DNA of 64,000 nt, taken from positions 87,482,001 through 87,546,000 of the forward strand of contig NC_043002.1 of NCBI RefSeq assembly GCF_006345805.1. The letters are read 5' to 3'. Of the stretch, positions 48,535 to 63,768 are shown in pieces. A model generated the notes under the pieces. It was not told the origin of the DNA and ran no database searches. It saw only the letters and a list, made by a program, of their open reading frames with translations. A program made the position numbers and the translations under genes. Position 1 is the first letter of the stretch; the number at the start of each line of letters is the position of its first letter. The stretch is from Octopus sinensis (lineage: Eukaryota).

Positions 48535-49270
48535 TTGGGTCATCTCATAAATAATGCATTTTTTTTTCAATTTCATGTACTAAAAGTCGGAGGGGATGGG
48601 ATAAACTACCTGCATTAACGCGCTATAAAGGCAGTTAGTAATTTTACCTTGTACTTATCCTTAGTGCAAATTTTGAAAAATGCGGTTCGATTTAACAGTT
48701 ATTTTGCAAAGCTATAATGGAAGTGCAAAAGGAATATATTCGGCTTATTTTGCTTTATGAGTTCAATAAAGGCAACAACGCAACGGAAATGCAGTATATG
48801 GGAATCGGGCAGTAAGCGTAAGCCAGTGTCAACGTTGGTTCCAGAATTTCCGAGCCAGAATCTACAGCCTAGAAGACGAGCCTCGTCCTGAAAGATCTGT
48901 AGAGCTCGACGAGGACATCCTGGAAACCCTGGTGGACAAAACCCCCATCGTAACTGTTGAACCGAGAAGAGAAACTTGGATTCGTTCATTCAATCATTCA
49001 TCAACACTTGTGGGCCATCGAAAAAGTTTGCTGTCATGTTTCACGAATGAAACATTTTTGGATCGAATAGTGACTGGTGATGAGAAATGGATTCTCTATT
49101 AAAATGTCAAGCACCGAAGACAGTGGGTAGGGAAAGTAGAAACACCGACACCCCATGCTAAGGAAGGTGTTCACCCACGTAAAGTGTTGTTATCTGTTTG
49201 GTGGGATATGAAAGGTTTAGTCTATTTTGAATTTCTAAACCCAAACAAAACGATAACAAAGGAGAACTAA
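48535..49270 (+). mobile_element. Decayed mariner transposon, 5' two-thirds
   Basis: TA plus TIR ttgggtcatctcataaataatgc. MEVQKEYIRLILLYEFNKG.NATE, QRWFQNFR..SLEDEPR, FLDRIVTGDEKWILY, HPRKVLLSVWWDMKG. Confidence 0.88.
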
Positions 49271-49277
49271 ACCCATC

Positions 49278-49362
<85 letters not shown>

Positions 49363-49363
<1 letters not shown>

Positions 49364-49710
49364 CTCAGGTGTGGCTCTGTGGTAAGAAACTTGCTTTCCA
49401 ACCACATGTTTCCATGTTCAATCTCAGTGCTTGGCACCTTGGGCCGACCAAAGCCCTGTGAGTGGATTTGGTAGACAGAAACTGAAAGAAACACGTGGTA
49501 TATATATATTTTCTCTCTCTCCCTTTCTCTCACTTTATGAGTGTATGTGTATGTAAGAGTGTTTGTCCCGCCCTGTAATGTAACGATTCTGCAAAAGAGA
49601 TAGATAGAATAAATTCTAGGCTTTAAAATATGTCCTGCGGTAGATTTGTGTGACTAAAGAAATTCAAGTCGGTGCTCCAACATAGCCGCAGCCAAATGGC
49701 TGGAACAAGT
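49363..49710 (+). mobile_element. SINE family A, near full length
   Basis: Similarity to 37017..37404. Confidence 0.7.
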
Positions 49711-49815
49711 TCAAGAATATATATGTATGTATGTATGTATATTACCTGTACAACAATCCTTCGTTCTTCAATAGAAAAATCACATATATACATACATATG
49801 TATACATATACATAC

Positions 49816-49880
<65 letters not shown>

Positions 49881-50482
49881 AAAGAAGTGTTTCCATTGAC
49901 ACAAATTGTATTTTGTGCCACGCTTCTAATTGGTTGTGATTAATTCCTATCTAGTTTAGGAAAATATTCTTAAGGAAGGATGAAGATGGAAATGTTAATT
50001 ATTCCTTACTTTAACTGCAAACTTACAATTCGTCTTTTATATTTGAAATTTATTTACTTTCTAAAACTGTCCATTTAACCTTTACATGGATACTGTAGTT
50101 TCTGTTTAATTAGGAAAAATTCAAGAATTTATTATAAAACATTAACAACAAGTAGTAACTATTGAATCTGTGTCTACTTAACTCTTTCGATTGCTAATTT
50201 TTACTTTCATCCTTACCTAGTGTTTGTCAAATGTAGATATTCATGACTGACTTAGGAACTAATTTTAAGCCTGCGTAGTGAACTGGCATTAAATGTTGTT
50301 TTCACGTCGTCCATTAAATCGAAATATCATTAGTGCTTGCTCGTGTCTCTGCTGTATTCCCAGTGCAGCAGCAGCGGATAATTTACTTCTTTTTTGTCAC
50401 TAATTTACTTTTACGCTTATGTTTTTTTCTCCGCGTTTATTTCGATGGAGAAGTGTTGATTTATTTATCCAACGATATATAT

Positions 50483-50521
<39 letters not shown>

Positions 50522-50550
50522 ATATATATATATATATATTCATACGCATG

Positions 50551-50618
<68 letters not shown>

Positions 50619-51456
50619 ATATTTGCATATATACATACATCTAGATAGTGTGTGTTTATGCGCGATGTGTGGTGTGTGTGTGTGTGTGTGAGTAACTTCA
50701 TTCAGTTATCAGCGCTTGTTTACTGATGATTTTTAATTATTTCCATTTAATCCACACTTGCTGTGCGTCTTTTTACATGTTTTATTTATTTTTTTTTACA
50801 GTTATAGGAATTCTGTAATTAATTAGCTGTTACCCTGTTTTTTTTTTTTAAGCTTTCTTTTCTTTCTGTGGAATACATTGAGTTATCAGCAGGCGAATAC
50901 TTATAATGAAATATCCCGAAAAGAAGAAAATATTTTTATCCTCTGCGATATTAAAGAACAACGAATATTTATTTCAGAAGGAAATATATTTATTTCCACA
51001 ATGTAAGAGTGAAGTAGATATTAGAGCATTCTGACACGTATCAAATCATTTGATTATGACTTTACTTAATTTTTTTACCTGCGAAAAGAAAACGCGACAT
51101 ATTATCGAGTTGCCTTTCAGTTTTTTCTCCCCTGTTTATGAAAATCTAAATATGATTTCGAGCTGTATCCTCTGGGCCATTGCATCGTAATTTGAAATTC
51201 AGATGGTTACCAGTGTAATCTTAGATTATTTTCTAATTATAACTTGGCACGTGACTCGTATACACTATCGCTTATTTTAAACTGCCCTTCACACTTCTTC
51301 TCATGATCGGGGATCACTGTCTAAGATTTAATCGACTCAAAATATATATCATTAGAGATACTTCATTACTGAAAGGAGTTTAGAAGAGAAATATACTGTT
51401 TTTAATGAGAAAGATACTCTTTTTGAAGAGACATATTTGTTTGCTGTACATCAAAA

Positions 51457-51816
51457 GGATCTTTTCGGTTTGAACGGCAGTCTTTTCTAGCGGTGTCATA
51501 TGAAATTGTCACCCATAATTATGACCCTAGTATCGATCTATTGCATTTCAATCTGTTTTAGGGTTAGGGGTGGGGAGAGTGTATCTTTTTTCTCCACAAA
51601 TGTAAATAAACCCAATCTGTTTCTTAAACGAGGGACATATTCATACGGCACAGAATGTTTTCACATCAAATAGACGTCATTGATTAGTTGAAATTGCAGA
51701 AATAAAGCCGAGAGAAAAAGATGTTTTATAAACACATTCTATCAGTATACGAAGTTTAAAAGTGTTTAGTTACGTGGAAATTATTTAAAAAAACTGCCGT
51801 TCAACCGAAAAGATCC
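51457..51816 (+). mobile_element. TTAGGG-containing MITE, copy 2
   Basis: Same TIRs; 8-bp TSD catcaaaa at 51449-51456 and 51817-51824. Confidence 0.85.
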
Positions 51817-53949
51817 CATCAAAACATTATGCATACTGAAGTCATAAATTCTTGTCTTGCCAACATTTTCTTTTTTATATGGTACTTTAGGGGGAGCATA
51901 TGAATGATTGTTCTGTCTTGCTCGTTCCCTTGAAATTGAATTTAAGCAATCTTTTAACGGGTTTCACCCTAAAACATCGAAACATTTATATGCGTAGCGA
52001 CCAAATAATGGAGAAATTCTTTCATGGTACATTCTTCATGATATGAGTTGTGATGTGTTAATAAAACAATTACAGGTGTAGCTGCAGTCATAATCTGATA
52101 TAACAATATCAATTAACGTGATATAGTACTAACTATAATACATTCGGAGTTGTACTTACTTCGCAAATGATATGGTCTGAGACTGTATGTTGAAACTGAA
52201 ACAGTTACATCGCTAAAGAGTAATGATAATCATTTTAAAACGCACATATATACAATAACATCACTCATGTTTATTTCTTCATAGTATCGTATATATTATA
52301 AAGAGTCAAAAATGTTTCGCCGTACATCACAATTTGATCACTAACACAGTTCTTTTGCTTCTTTGGAATTCAGCCATTGCTTACTTATCGTTAGCCTCAT
52401 AGACAGATTTTATTTTTGCTTGTTCCTTGGAATCATTTTTATTTTGCTTTCAGTTTCTTAACTGCATTCCTCTTTAAGTATGAGAGACGTTAATGTATCT
52501 TACATATCAGTTTTATATACAAATTATTGCCCTGGCTTTTAGATTACTATTTTTAGATAAGAACTGGATATATAGGCTACATGTTTGGTGTGTGTGTCAT
52601 TGAATTCTTGAATTTATTCCAATGTTTCTTTAAAACCTCTTGCATGTTTGGTCTGTGTTTGCGACGGATTTCAGTTGTGAACGCCTTCGGGGATTTGTTT
52701 TTACTTTCACATTTTATTCCTCTTTCCGTTTAAAATTTTCAACCGACCTCCATTTTGCATTATTCTTTTTCTTTCAAAATGTTGTTTCATTAACGCTCAC
52801 TAACGGATTTAATGAGAAAGTAGCAGGAAAATCTCACACTACTACCTGCTTCATAAAATAAACAAATTCACGGGAACAACGGCAATAACAACAACAACAG
52901 CGACTGCAGCGGCAACAACAATATAGAAAGCAACATTAGCATCAACAACAGCACTGACAACAGCAGCAACAATAGCAGTGACATTTATAACAGTAGCAAC
53001 AACGAAAAAATATCGATCAACAACGACAACAAAGCAATGGACGACTCCAGGAACAGGTAATCTTTGACTGGAATGGCAGCAAAATCGACTTAATATTTCT
53101 CACTCTTCCTAAATGACAAAGAAGCACGTCTGGCACAGGCGAAATAGCATGTAAACGCGAATGGGATGACAACACATGTTGCTACACTTTTCGAAGTTTT
53201 GGCAGCATTTTCACGTAAGACGGTGGTATATGGTTGTTTGTCAGCAGAAAAGTCCCGACGTCTAGAAACAGCGACACGCATTCAGGTAGAAAGAACCTTT
53301 CTCCCAAACTACGATCTGCCCCCCACCCACACACTTATTGGTTATTCGTGTAAGTTGGTGCACACTTATTGTTGGCTTGTTACACGGTATACTACATTGC
53401 ATTTGACACGCAGATTTGTAGCATATCTGGTCTCGTAATATGAGATATACTAAAATACATAACAATCGTTGCCATCAGCGTTTTATGTTTTTCTTACAAA
53501 ATGAAAACAAATTAATAATTTTAATTAAAATGGGTATATGGCTAGAAATTTAGAGGAAAGGGATAGTCCACTAAATTACCCGAACCCTAGAATTTGGCTG
53601 GAACTATAGTTATCGTTCCCAAAAGAATTAAAAATAAAGTCGACCTCGATGGATTATGAAATTAGAACGAAAGGAGCTGTAATATTGAAAGTCATTTTGC
53701 ATGAATCTTCACTCATCCCGAGAATTCGCCACCTTTGCCTGCTGTGTGATTAAACACACGGATCAAATGAAGCTATTGTCTTGGCAACGAAAAGATCAAG
53801 AAAATCAACATCAGCAGAAACAATAACAACAACAATGATGATGATTATGAAAATTTCTTCTATTTGCCACCAGGGTAGACACGTAATGTGGGATTTTCCA
53901 GAGAAAATCAAGTGATAAAACTGCTATACATAGCATACGCATAATAATT

Positions 53950-54103
53950 GATGATGATGATGATGATGACGACGACGATGATGATGATGATGATGATGAT
54001 GACGACGACGACGACGACGATGATGATGATGATGACGACGACGACGATGATGATGATGATGACGACGACGACGACGATGATGATGATGATGATGATGATG
54101 ATG
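53950..54103. repeat. Alternating (GAT)n/(GAC)n trinucleotide tract
   Basis: Direct reading. Confidence 0.95.
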
Positions 54104-54880
54104 CAGTCCATCTTATAAAGAAGACCTCCACCTAGAGTCAATCGAAGAGATCCTCAGATTCAAGATTACCTTGGAAACTAAAGTCTCGTTTCGTCTACAA
54201 CTGCAGTTCTCAAATTTACATGCACATGTGTAGAGCGATCGGTTCAATTCACACTTACTATATTCTCAACTACCAGCCATTTTTCAAAAGGTTTACTTGA
54301 GGATAACATCTTCCTCTCTCCAACATCTCTTTCCTTTTCAAGTGACTACAAACACACAGATTTAAAGTTAATTATAAAACTCGTATACTTTTCATCTACT
54401 TTTATATTTTGAGAACGGTCTGCAACATGTCTGGATGTAAGAAGATGTAAAGAACATTTCCTCTAAATTTCCACCTAACATAACTGAATCCTGTTTATGT
54501 TATACCATTTATATTCAAGATAATCAGACTAGCAGCAGTTATGGAAACAGGTTTCCTTTTAGTTAAGCACATACAACTCCAACGTCAATGAGTTTCTGGA
54601 GACGGCACAAGCAATTACCAACTATTTTCCGGCATACCTACGCAAAATAGGAAACACAAATAACCAAGGTAACGCATAATTGCAACGAATAGCTGCCATT
54701 ATAGTTACATACAAGGAAATACATATATATTAAGTATGCTAAAGAAAACCGCTGTGTACATTAAATTCTTCAATGAATTTGAAACATATTTCATAAACAC
54801 ATGACTTTCGGAATACTTTCACTTTATTTGTTTATCGTAGGTGTCCTAGCATCTAGTCTGTTTATCTATCTATCTGTCTG

Positions 54881-55000
<120 letters not shown>

Positions 55001-55245
55001 ATCACATGTGTATACATGTATAGATGTGTTCATAATTAAATGTATCACATCATGAAGAATTTTTATGCATACACAAATATTCTCATTCATATCTATATTA
55101 GTAAAAATCAAATGCATATTTATACACACATATATAATATTTATTCCCCGCTGGGTAGAATTAGCAATTCACATTGAAATCATATCATTCCATGCTCAAT
55201 CTCCCTACCAGGCAAGATAGACTCTGATCGACCAAAGCACTTCTT

Positions 55246-55280
<35 letters not shown>

Positions 55281-55375
55281 GTCATTTGTCTGTCTGTCTG
55301 CCTACCTGTCTATCTGTTATCTGTCTGTCTATCTGTCTACTTGCCTCTTTATATGTATGTGTGTGTGTGTGTATA

Positions 55376-55556
55376 CAGTAGTGGCTCGGCATTTGCGAGG
55401 GTTACGTTCCTAGAGCACCTGCGAATAGTGAAAAACCGCAAATAAAACTGCTTTTCCATAAAAATGTTTATAAATATCAAAATATAACGTAATATATATA
55501 TATATATATATATATAGATATATATATACATACATACATACTACATACAACATACA

Positions 55557-55650
<94 letters not shown>

Positions 55651-56862
55651 GATATTTAATAAAATATAAAGTAAAATGTAAGATTACTCACACATTAATG
55701 AATGATATTGATTTAAGACGATAGTAATGAAAATAATGAAATGTACAGCAAAGAAGATTTAAAGCGCTTCAGGGGACGCCTCTTCTTCAGGTGTTTTAGG
55801 AGATATCGTATCTTCGTACAAGGCTTTCTTGGTGGGCTTGAGGAACATTGTGAGGGAAAGGTGCTTTCGTTGTTTCTTCATGGTTGTGAAGAGAGTTTTA
55901 TATGTCTGCATAGCAGAGACCGAACCATATAGGGATCCCAAGCTTCCACCTTCTCTTGCAATTACTTTGGTGTCTTTAAAAGGTCGGATAGACGTTCGAT
56001 TGCCAGGCCTACTTCATCCTTCTCTTCCTCCGGGTCTGGCGCTTCGCTGGCAGACTTCATTAATTCCAAGAAATCTTCGTCTGTCAGGATTTCAGAATGG
56101 GCAGCGATGAGGCCGTTGACTCATCTTGCATCCAAGTACCTTTGCCAGTTTCATCGCATTGTTGACAGCCAAGTGCTAAATATCTTGAGGTGAGAAGCCC
56201 TCGTAGTCCTGGACATACTCTGGCTACATTTTCTTCCAGCATGCGAATGAGGGTTTCCTTTTTTATGTCATTAAAATCAGTGTAGATGACTGACAGGTAC
56301 GTTACGATCGTGAAGTTACGCCAGTACTCCTTTAAATTCTCGTCCGAATCCATTGTGTCCACAAGGTGTTGGAGAGAGTTCCGAGCGTAAAGTGCCTTGA
56401 AGGCACGGATCACGCTATGATCTATAGGCTGGGTGAGGGACATGGTGTTGGCAGGAAGGACTCCCTAGTGATTTAAATGCAAAGAGTAACCACCAGCATT
56501 ATCCATAACAAGCAACTCCTTGAATTCCATGCATACGTTTTGGATTGAAAGCAGGAATAAGAGATACGAGATATAGTGTACTTGTATCTAAAGCACTCAA
56601 GCGAGGTGATGCGTGGCTATTTTAATCAGAGAGAGTTTCAACTGCGAAGAGGCGTCCAGTAAGCGGGCAAATGCGGTATATTGTTATTAATAACTTAGCT
56701 TTATAACTTGTGAAAAATATATATATTGTCACGAAAAAGCCATAAAAAATCGCAGATGATACTTACGATTCTGCGAATATGCAGTGGTTTCCGCGAGCAA
56801 TTATTAGTTCCGCGAATAACCGGGACCTCGAAAGCAAGCCTCAAATGAGCGGGGGTAAACTA
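55376..56862 (-). mobile_element. Decayed Tigger/pogo DNA transposon
   Basis: LLVMDNAGG..FLPANTMSLTQPIDHSVIRAFKALY (pogo DDE_1-type motif) and C-terminal KKQRKHLSLTMF; degenerate TIRs beginning TA-cagta. Confidence 0.75.
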
Positions 56863-56982
56863 TATATATATATCAACTATATATATGTATTAGAATTCTT
56901 TCAAATTTTAACATCTTCGCTTTTCCATTTTTAACAAATTTGTTGAGTTCTATGGGATACCTTGCCATAAATTCTCGTAACA

Positions 56983-57046
<64 letters not shown>

Positions 57047-57159
57047 TATATATATGTATGTATGTATGTATATTTTTTACGTAATTAGGATAAAGTCATT
57101 ATTAAATGATCTATCAGTGGCCAGTGTACTAACAAGGCGATATTGGTTAATTTATATTT

Positions 57160-57411
57160 AAGTACAATTATAGAATATAATTATAATAACGAGCACTGAA
57201 TTAACAACGCTTATATCCTAGAAATAGACACCAAATGGTGTTATTACTCCATCTTAAGAGGTAGGGTTGTCCACAATACTTTCCTCGCATACAACCTTGT
57301 GGTAACGGAGTAATAACTTCAGAGGTTTGTAGTGCATTTGGAGTCTATTTCCAGAGTGCAGGCGTTGTTAATTCTGCACTCTTTATTATAATTATATTTT
57401 ATAATGATACT

Positions 57412-57412
<1 letters not shown>
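57160..57412. mobile_element. ~250-bp palindromic MITE-like element
   Basis: Outer arms ataattataataa.gag...gaattaacaacgc / gcgttgttaattc...ctc.ttattataattat; inner arms gttattactcc / ggagtaataac; AT-rich flanks. Confidence 0.6.
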
Positions 57413-57448
<36 letters not shown>

Positions 57449-58161
57449 AGAGAAATGCTCATGATATTTAAATAATTTATATAACCATATCACCTACATA
57501 TGTTTCGATTGATGCATTAAAATAAATCCGAGAGTAAGAATAATGTGGGAAAATGCACCAATCTCTTCAGGAAGGGGGTTATAAACAACAGTGCTCATCA
57601 ATAAGACATTTCTACAAATGTAAGGAACTTCAATACATAATATATAAAGAAAACAAAGGTGGATAGGGAACGCTGGTAAATTAAAATACTGTGAAGAAAT
57701 TTGACGTCATAGGACTAGAGAAGGAGTGAAGGAAGAGAGAAAGATAATTAAAGAAGGAATGGAGGTATAAACAAATAGAAAGTAAATGACAGATACATAG
57801 AGAAGACGAAGAAAGGAATAGGAAGTATGGGATGAAAAAGATAAACTTTAACTTGCAGATATTATTTGAAATAGCTGAAAGTGTGTTTTTTCCAATGTAA
57901 ACACCTTAATACTTTCTTTATAGGTATTGATTAGTGTGCGTTTGGAAAAAGAATAAATAGATTGATGCATTTTTCCACATTATTCTTCCTCTCGGATATA
58001 TTTTAATGCTTCAATCAAAACATATGTAGGAGATGTGGTGATGTAATTTATTTAAATATCTTGAGTGTTTGATTACATTTTCCATTATTCTTATGTTCCC
58101 CTAAACACGTGTGATTACTAATATTTTAGGCACTCATGTAACATTCCTTGTAATTGATCAT

Positions 58162-58205
<44 letters not shown>

Positions 58206-58469
58206 CATACATATACATACATATACATATATATATACATACATACATACATACATACATACATACATACACACACCAACACACACACACACACATGATG
58301 TATGAGGGATCGACGATTTCTTAACGAACAATTACACAGATGATTTGTTTGTAGTGATGAACTGTCTGTGTAGACATATGCTCACTCCCTCCATCAAATT
58401 TACATTATGTGTACAGGTGCAAATGTGTGTCATATAGCAGATGTCGAAATGATCACAGAGCAACTATTA

Positions 58470-59600
58470 AAATAATTTAGAATTTTATTAGAGAATACTA
58501 CATCCTCATTTCTATTAGCAGTACTAGAATTTTTAACCCAGTTAACAACGATCCTACGATATTTTATTTGTTTGAATTTTAATTGTTTATTTAATTATTT
58601 TCTCTATTACAATCACCTACTCTTGTTATTTTATTGACTTCTATATGTGATTTTAAATCCCCATTACTACCTTCTTATAAGTAGATTTGTTTATATTACT
58701 AGATTTTAGATCTGCATTATTAAAATTACTATTTAAATCAGATTTGTTATTTGACTTATTAAACTTAATTTTGTCCTTATATCCAACTTTTCTAAGTGCC
58801 AAGTTATAGTAATCTCTATTAAGTTTGAAAATATTCACAATGGCTGATAATTTAGTTATTCTAGTCGAAATCTTCTCTATCAGTGAGTTTGTTACTTATT
58901 TGTGATGATTACTTCCAATATTTATGTATTTTATGATTTCATTAGGTTTATGAAAGGGTTTATAGATTCCTTTTTTAATCTCCAACGTACCATCAAAGAA
59001 ATTAACAGAGCCATGTTCATCTCCTATCGTTATATATTTAAAAAGAAACTTATATATTTAAAAACAAAAACTTTAAATTTTCTTTCTATATTTTTCTAAC
59101 ATTCTACTAGATGTGCTTACAATTGTAAAAAGCGCATCATCTCAATATAAACCTCCTGCTATTTTAGAGAATTCCTTAATTACAGAAAGCAATATATAAA
59201 TTCCCACTAAATCAGTAACCTGCGCCGAATCCGTAGAACCCATAGTGATGTCAAATATATCCGGTCTATCCTTTCTAATCCAATATTTAATGATAGATTT
59301 TCTAGCCGTCAAAATAACGTCGATTCCATCCCTAGTTATTTCCGAATCTTTCTTTGCAAATATCAGCGACTTATTAAGTAGTATTGGGTTTATAGAAGAA
59401 TAGTAATTTAAAATATTTATCTGGATAAATTTACTTTTATCCTTATTTTGTATTTGGGTATATCAGTTAATCACTTTATATGAACTGGACCTATAATTTA
59501 GCTATATTATATTCCAAAATTTCGGTATAGATTTATCTAATATAAATTTACTAATTTTATCAAGATCAGATTTAGAAGGACATATATGTCTAACAGCTGG
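58470..59600 (-). mobile_element. Penelope-like reverse-transcriptase pseudogene fragment
   Basis: PSKSDLDKISKFILDK, ILTARKS, FDITMGSTDSAQVTDLVGIYIL, GGLY*DD (TGA at 59144-59142 replaces the R of YRDD), YKPFHKPNE..YIN..SNH. Confidence 0.85.
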
Positions 59601-59679
<79 letters not shown>

Positions 59680-59680
59680 A

Positions 59681-60013
59681 AGGCGCGTGGCTCAATGGTT
59701 AGAGCGTCGAGCTTACGATCGTGAGGTTGTAAGCTCGAATCCCGGATCGGGCTGCGTGTTGTGTTCTTGAGCAAGACACTTTATTTCACGTTGCATCAGT
59801 ACACTAAGCTGTAGAAATGAGTTGCGACATCACAGGTGCCAAGCTGTATCGGCCCTTGCGTTTCCCTTGGACAACATCGGTGACGTGAGAGGGGAGGCCG
59901 GTAATGCATTGGCGACTGCTGTCTTCCATAAAACAACCTTGCCAAGACTTGTGCCTCAGAGGGTAACTCTCTAGGTGCAAACCCATGGTCAGTGTCTGAC
60001 CGAAGGTGGTCAC
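59681..60013 (+). mobile_element. SINE family C, full length
   Basis: Colinear with 5634..5968. Confidence 0.85.
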
Positions 60014-60015
60014 CA

Positions 60016-60123
<108 letters not shown>

Positions 60124-60132
60124 TATATATAC

Positions 60133-60190
<58 letters not shown>

Positions 60191-62896
60191 CAGCAATACA
60201 GTCACACGTATGCTATTCGTGAAATTTTTCCTTCTTTGGGCTTTCTCGTTTTCCTTTCTGACGAAGCGCTATGTTCCAAATGTAAAAAAAGCCCACTCTT
60301 CCTTCTACCTTTTCGGAGCGTTAAAGTAATACTGTGTTTCCCAAACTTATCCGGTTAGTGACACACTTTTTAGACATACGTAATTTAGTGACACGCCAAT
60401 GAAATAGCTTTATATCTGTATACTGCTCGACAATATCATTTAGAATGTTTGAAACATCAACGAGATTATTTAGAAGACTGCTTCATGAAAGTGTACGAGA
60501 AGACTTTCATGAAGCAGTCATCTTTGAAATATACTATCTTATTTCATTATCATATTCAAATCTACTGATCTGCATCATTTCAAATAGTACTAGGCTGTGT
60601 CATTGAAACTTCCACTGAGCTGCGTCAGTATAACTACTGTTACTACTACTGAACTGTGTCATTCCAACTAACACTGAATTATGTTTTTACGATCACTACT
60701 GAGCTGTGTTATTTAAATCATCACTGAGGTTTGTCATTACAACCAACATCATAACATTTATCATCAGGCGCCACTGAGCATTTTCAATACAAGCTTTTAA
60801 CGAGGTCAATAAATAAAATGCCAGGACTGGGGTGGTTTCCTATCTCATGACTGTACTTGAAATTCATTTAATTTTAGCTCCATAAAATAAAGCGAACGCT
60901 CAGATGTCAAAGAACTGTTTCATCATTTTTTTTTTTGTTTTTTCTAAAGGACATCATTATTATATTGTGTCATGATTCAACCAAAGAATTTCATTAAAAG
61001 TACATTTGTCCATGGAACAATTATACCTTAACTTGTCATTGATATTCATCACATTACAGGAATAACTTAATGCTCTTCCTCGAGACTGATGGAGAACCCT
61101 TTACCACCGCTCCGGAATATGAGGCAGCTTGCAGTTAGAAAATTACAAAATAACGACTGTGTTATACGAACAGGTCACCGATCCACATATTCTCTACCAC
61201 ATTACCAACTCAATCAGCTTTCACTGTGCAGAGAGTCACTTAGATAATGACGTCGTTTATATAATATATAATATAATAACAACTTCTTTGAAAAAAATAT
61301 AAAGCAATTGTTGACATCTAAGCGTGCGTTTTGTTTCGCAAAGCTAAAATTAAATGAAGCTGAAGCAAATAAATAGTTAATAGTAACTATAAAAGCCAGC
61401 TGCTATGAAAACTTTTTTTCCTATTCAGCAAGAATTTGGATGTTGTTTAGTGGAATGCCCACAGAAGATTGTATATCGAGTTTGGTATGATGGTTTACTT
61501 TAGAATGTATGGTAACGTGGACATTTCATGACGAAGATACAAAAGGTTTGCTTATTCAATGATCTAATTTCGTTGTAAAATGTCATTTTACATTCTCTCT
61601 TTTTGTTTTTTCTCATTGTGATCTCACTTTAAGATAGGCGATATTTCTAACGATAACTATTTGCATTCCTTCATCTTTCTGAAGTGAAGGCTTTCTGTTA
61701 CTCTAATGGTTTTATTTATTATCTATTATTTTATTATTATTATAATTTTCTTTTACATACACATCACACATACAGTGATGTTCACATTATGCAAACACAT
61801 GCATATAAAAACTCTCTCTCCCTCTCTTACACAATAAACACATATGCACACTCGTACATACCAATACACACGTGTAAATATACAAGAAGAATTTACATAC
61901 ATACACAAGTAGAAACACACACGCACATACACACACACACACATTTATGTACACGCACACACACGTTGTGCAAAAGCAGATTGCTTTTTGTTTTTTCACA
62001 CGCATTTATTTATGAGCTTATGTACATACATACACGAATACAGACACAGAAACTGACACACAAACACCTATATGCATCCATGTGTAAATACGTTTATTCA
62101 CATAAGCGAACAAAGGATTGCATACGTATGAAAATATATTCTCTTCGTATGGTTGATAATTATATTACACAGAGAAGCGCGTGAATAAAGACATAAATAT
62201 ACACACACATATGAATATACACAGGTACAGTCATATACATTATAAAAAAATGAAAAAAATTATATAATTTTCAGCTGTACTTTCTGATAAAAGAATTCGA
62301 TGGATAAATTCTGTTGATTACGTCCATAATGATATTAAAGCTATTTGGAAAGTGTCCTACTGATTAAATATATTTATGCGAATGTCCTTTGCATCTCTCT
62401 TAGCAATCTCTTTATAATTTTATAAACAACTATTTTAATATTTCGATGGCAGTTTTTAATCTTGTTGAAGTCGTATTCAGCTTGTATATAAAGAGTCAAA
62501 TCTAAATAAAAATACACTTTACTAAAAGCAAATGAATTTGGCACAGAAACTAGAATTGATATAATGCGAGGAAAAGAATAAAACCTGTAATTGTATTCTC
62601 TTGTTATTTCAAGAGAAAATTACAAATCCACGGACAGAATAGAATAACGAATACTGAAAACTGCCCATGATACAAATGTCAATACAGTATCTGTTTTAAA
62701 AGGTATGTTTTATGTATATTTACAAACTCTTACGCATTTGTTGAATTATTCAGTTAAATTATTTAAGCAAATATAAATGGAATTTGTTCTATTATATTTA
62801 GACTAAACAGACAGAAATAAAGTAATATTAACAGGTGGAATATAATATTTGAGCAACTCAAAAATTCTCTACAGATTCGCTGAAAGTATTACTCTG

Positions 62897-63334
62897 GGAT
62901 CATTTCGGTTTGAATGGCAGTTTTTAAAAATAATTTCCACGTAACTAAACACTTTTAAACTTCGTATACTGGTAGAATGTGTTTATAAAGCATCTTTTTC
63001 TATTGGCTTTATTGAGAAAATTCTATAGTTTGTAAGATATTTGTTGTTTGTTTTTCAATTTCAGCAATTTCAACCAATCACTCACGTCTATTGAGGTAAA
63101 AAACATTATGTGCCGTATGAATATGTCCCTCGTTTAAGAAACAGATTGGGTTTATTTACATTTCTGAAGAAAAAAAGATACCCTTCCCCTCACCCCTAAC
63201 CCTAACCTTAACACTAACTAATCACAACCCTAAAACAGATTGAAATGCAATAGATCGATCCTAGGGTCATAATTATGGATGACAATTTCATATGACACTG
63301 CTAGAAAAAACTGTCGTTCAAGCCGAAATAATCC
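62897..63334 (-). mobile_element. TTAGGG-containing MITE, copy 3 (older, TSD not clean)
   Basis: Degenerate TIRs ggatcatttcggtttgaatggcagttttt / aaaaaactgtcgttcaagccgaaataatcc; ccctaaccctaacc at ~63195. Confidence 0.8.
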
Positions 63335-63643
63335 GATTACTGCCCTAAAGAGTACAGCTGTAAAAAGGTGCATTAAAATGAGCCAGTGTGTATTAAACAG
63401 ATTAGCTTACTCTGTTACGGCATATCGTCTCTCTTCTACTTTTTTATTCATTGGTATATTACCTTTTAAGCTTTACAAACATGCTGGATATGTTACGTTT
63501 AATAAGCCTGTTGGCAACGACATAGATATCTACGTAGAATGGAATTTAAAATATTGAGTAGTTCCTTACCGTTCGTAATTTCACAAACATTTATCGCATA
63601 TGGTTACGAAAATATCGAACCTGTCTTTTGAGGATTTTCATAC

Positions 63644-63685
<42 letters not shown>

Positions 63686-63686
63686 A

Positions 63687-63768
<82 letters not shown>

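Noticed and set aside
52860-53057. Open Asn/Ser-rich frame ending at an AG/GTAATC donor
   Set aside because: No acceptor between the upstream in-frame stop and the tract; best explained as a degenerate (AAC)n repeat.
53090-53465. Overlapping 60-90-aa ORFs in unique-looking sequence
   Set aside because: No recognisable motif and ambiguous splice sites; cannot be supported as coding.
60252-60292. Hammerhead-like CTGACGA-A-GCGC..CAAATGT motif
   Set aside because: GAAA is mutated to CAAA and stems II and III are broken; a dead relative of the 29639 motif.
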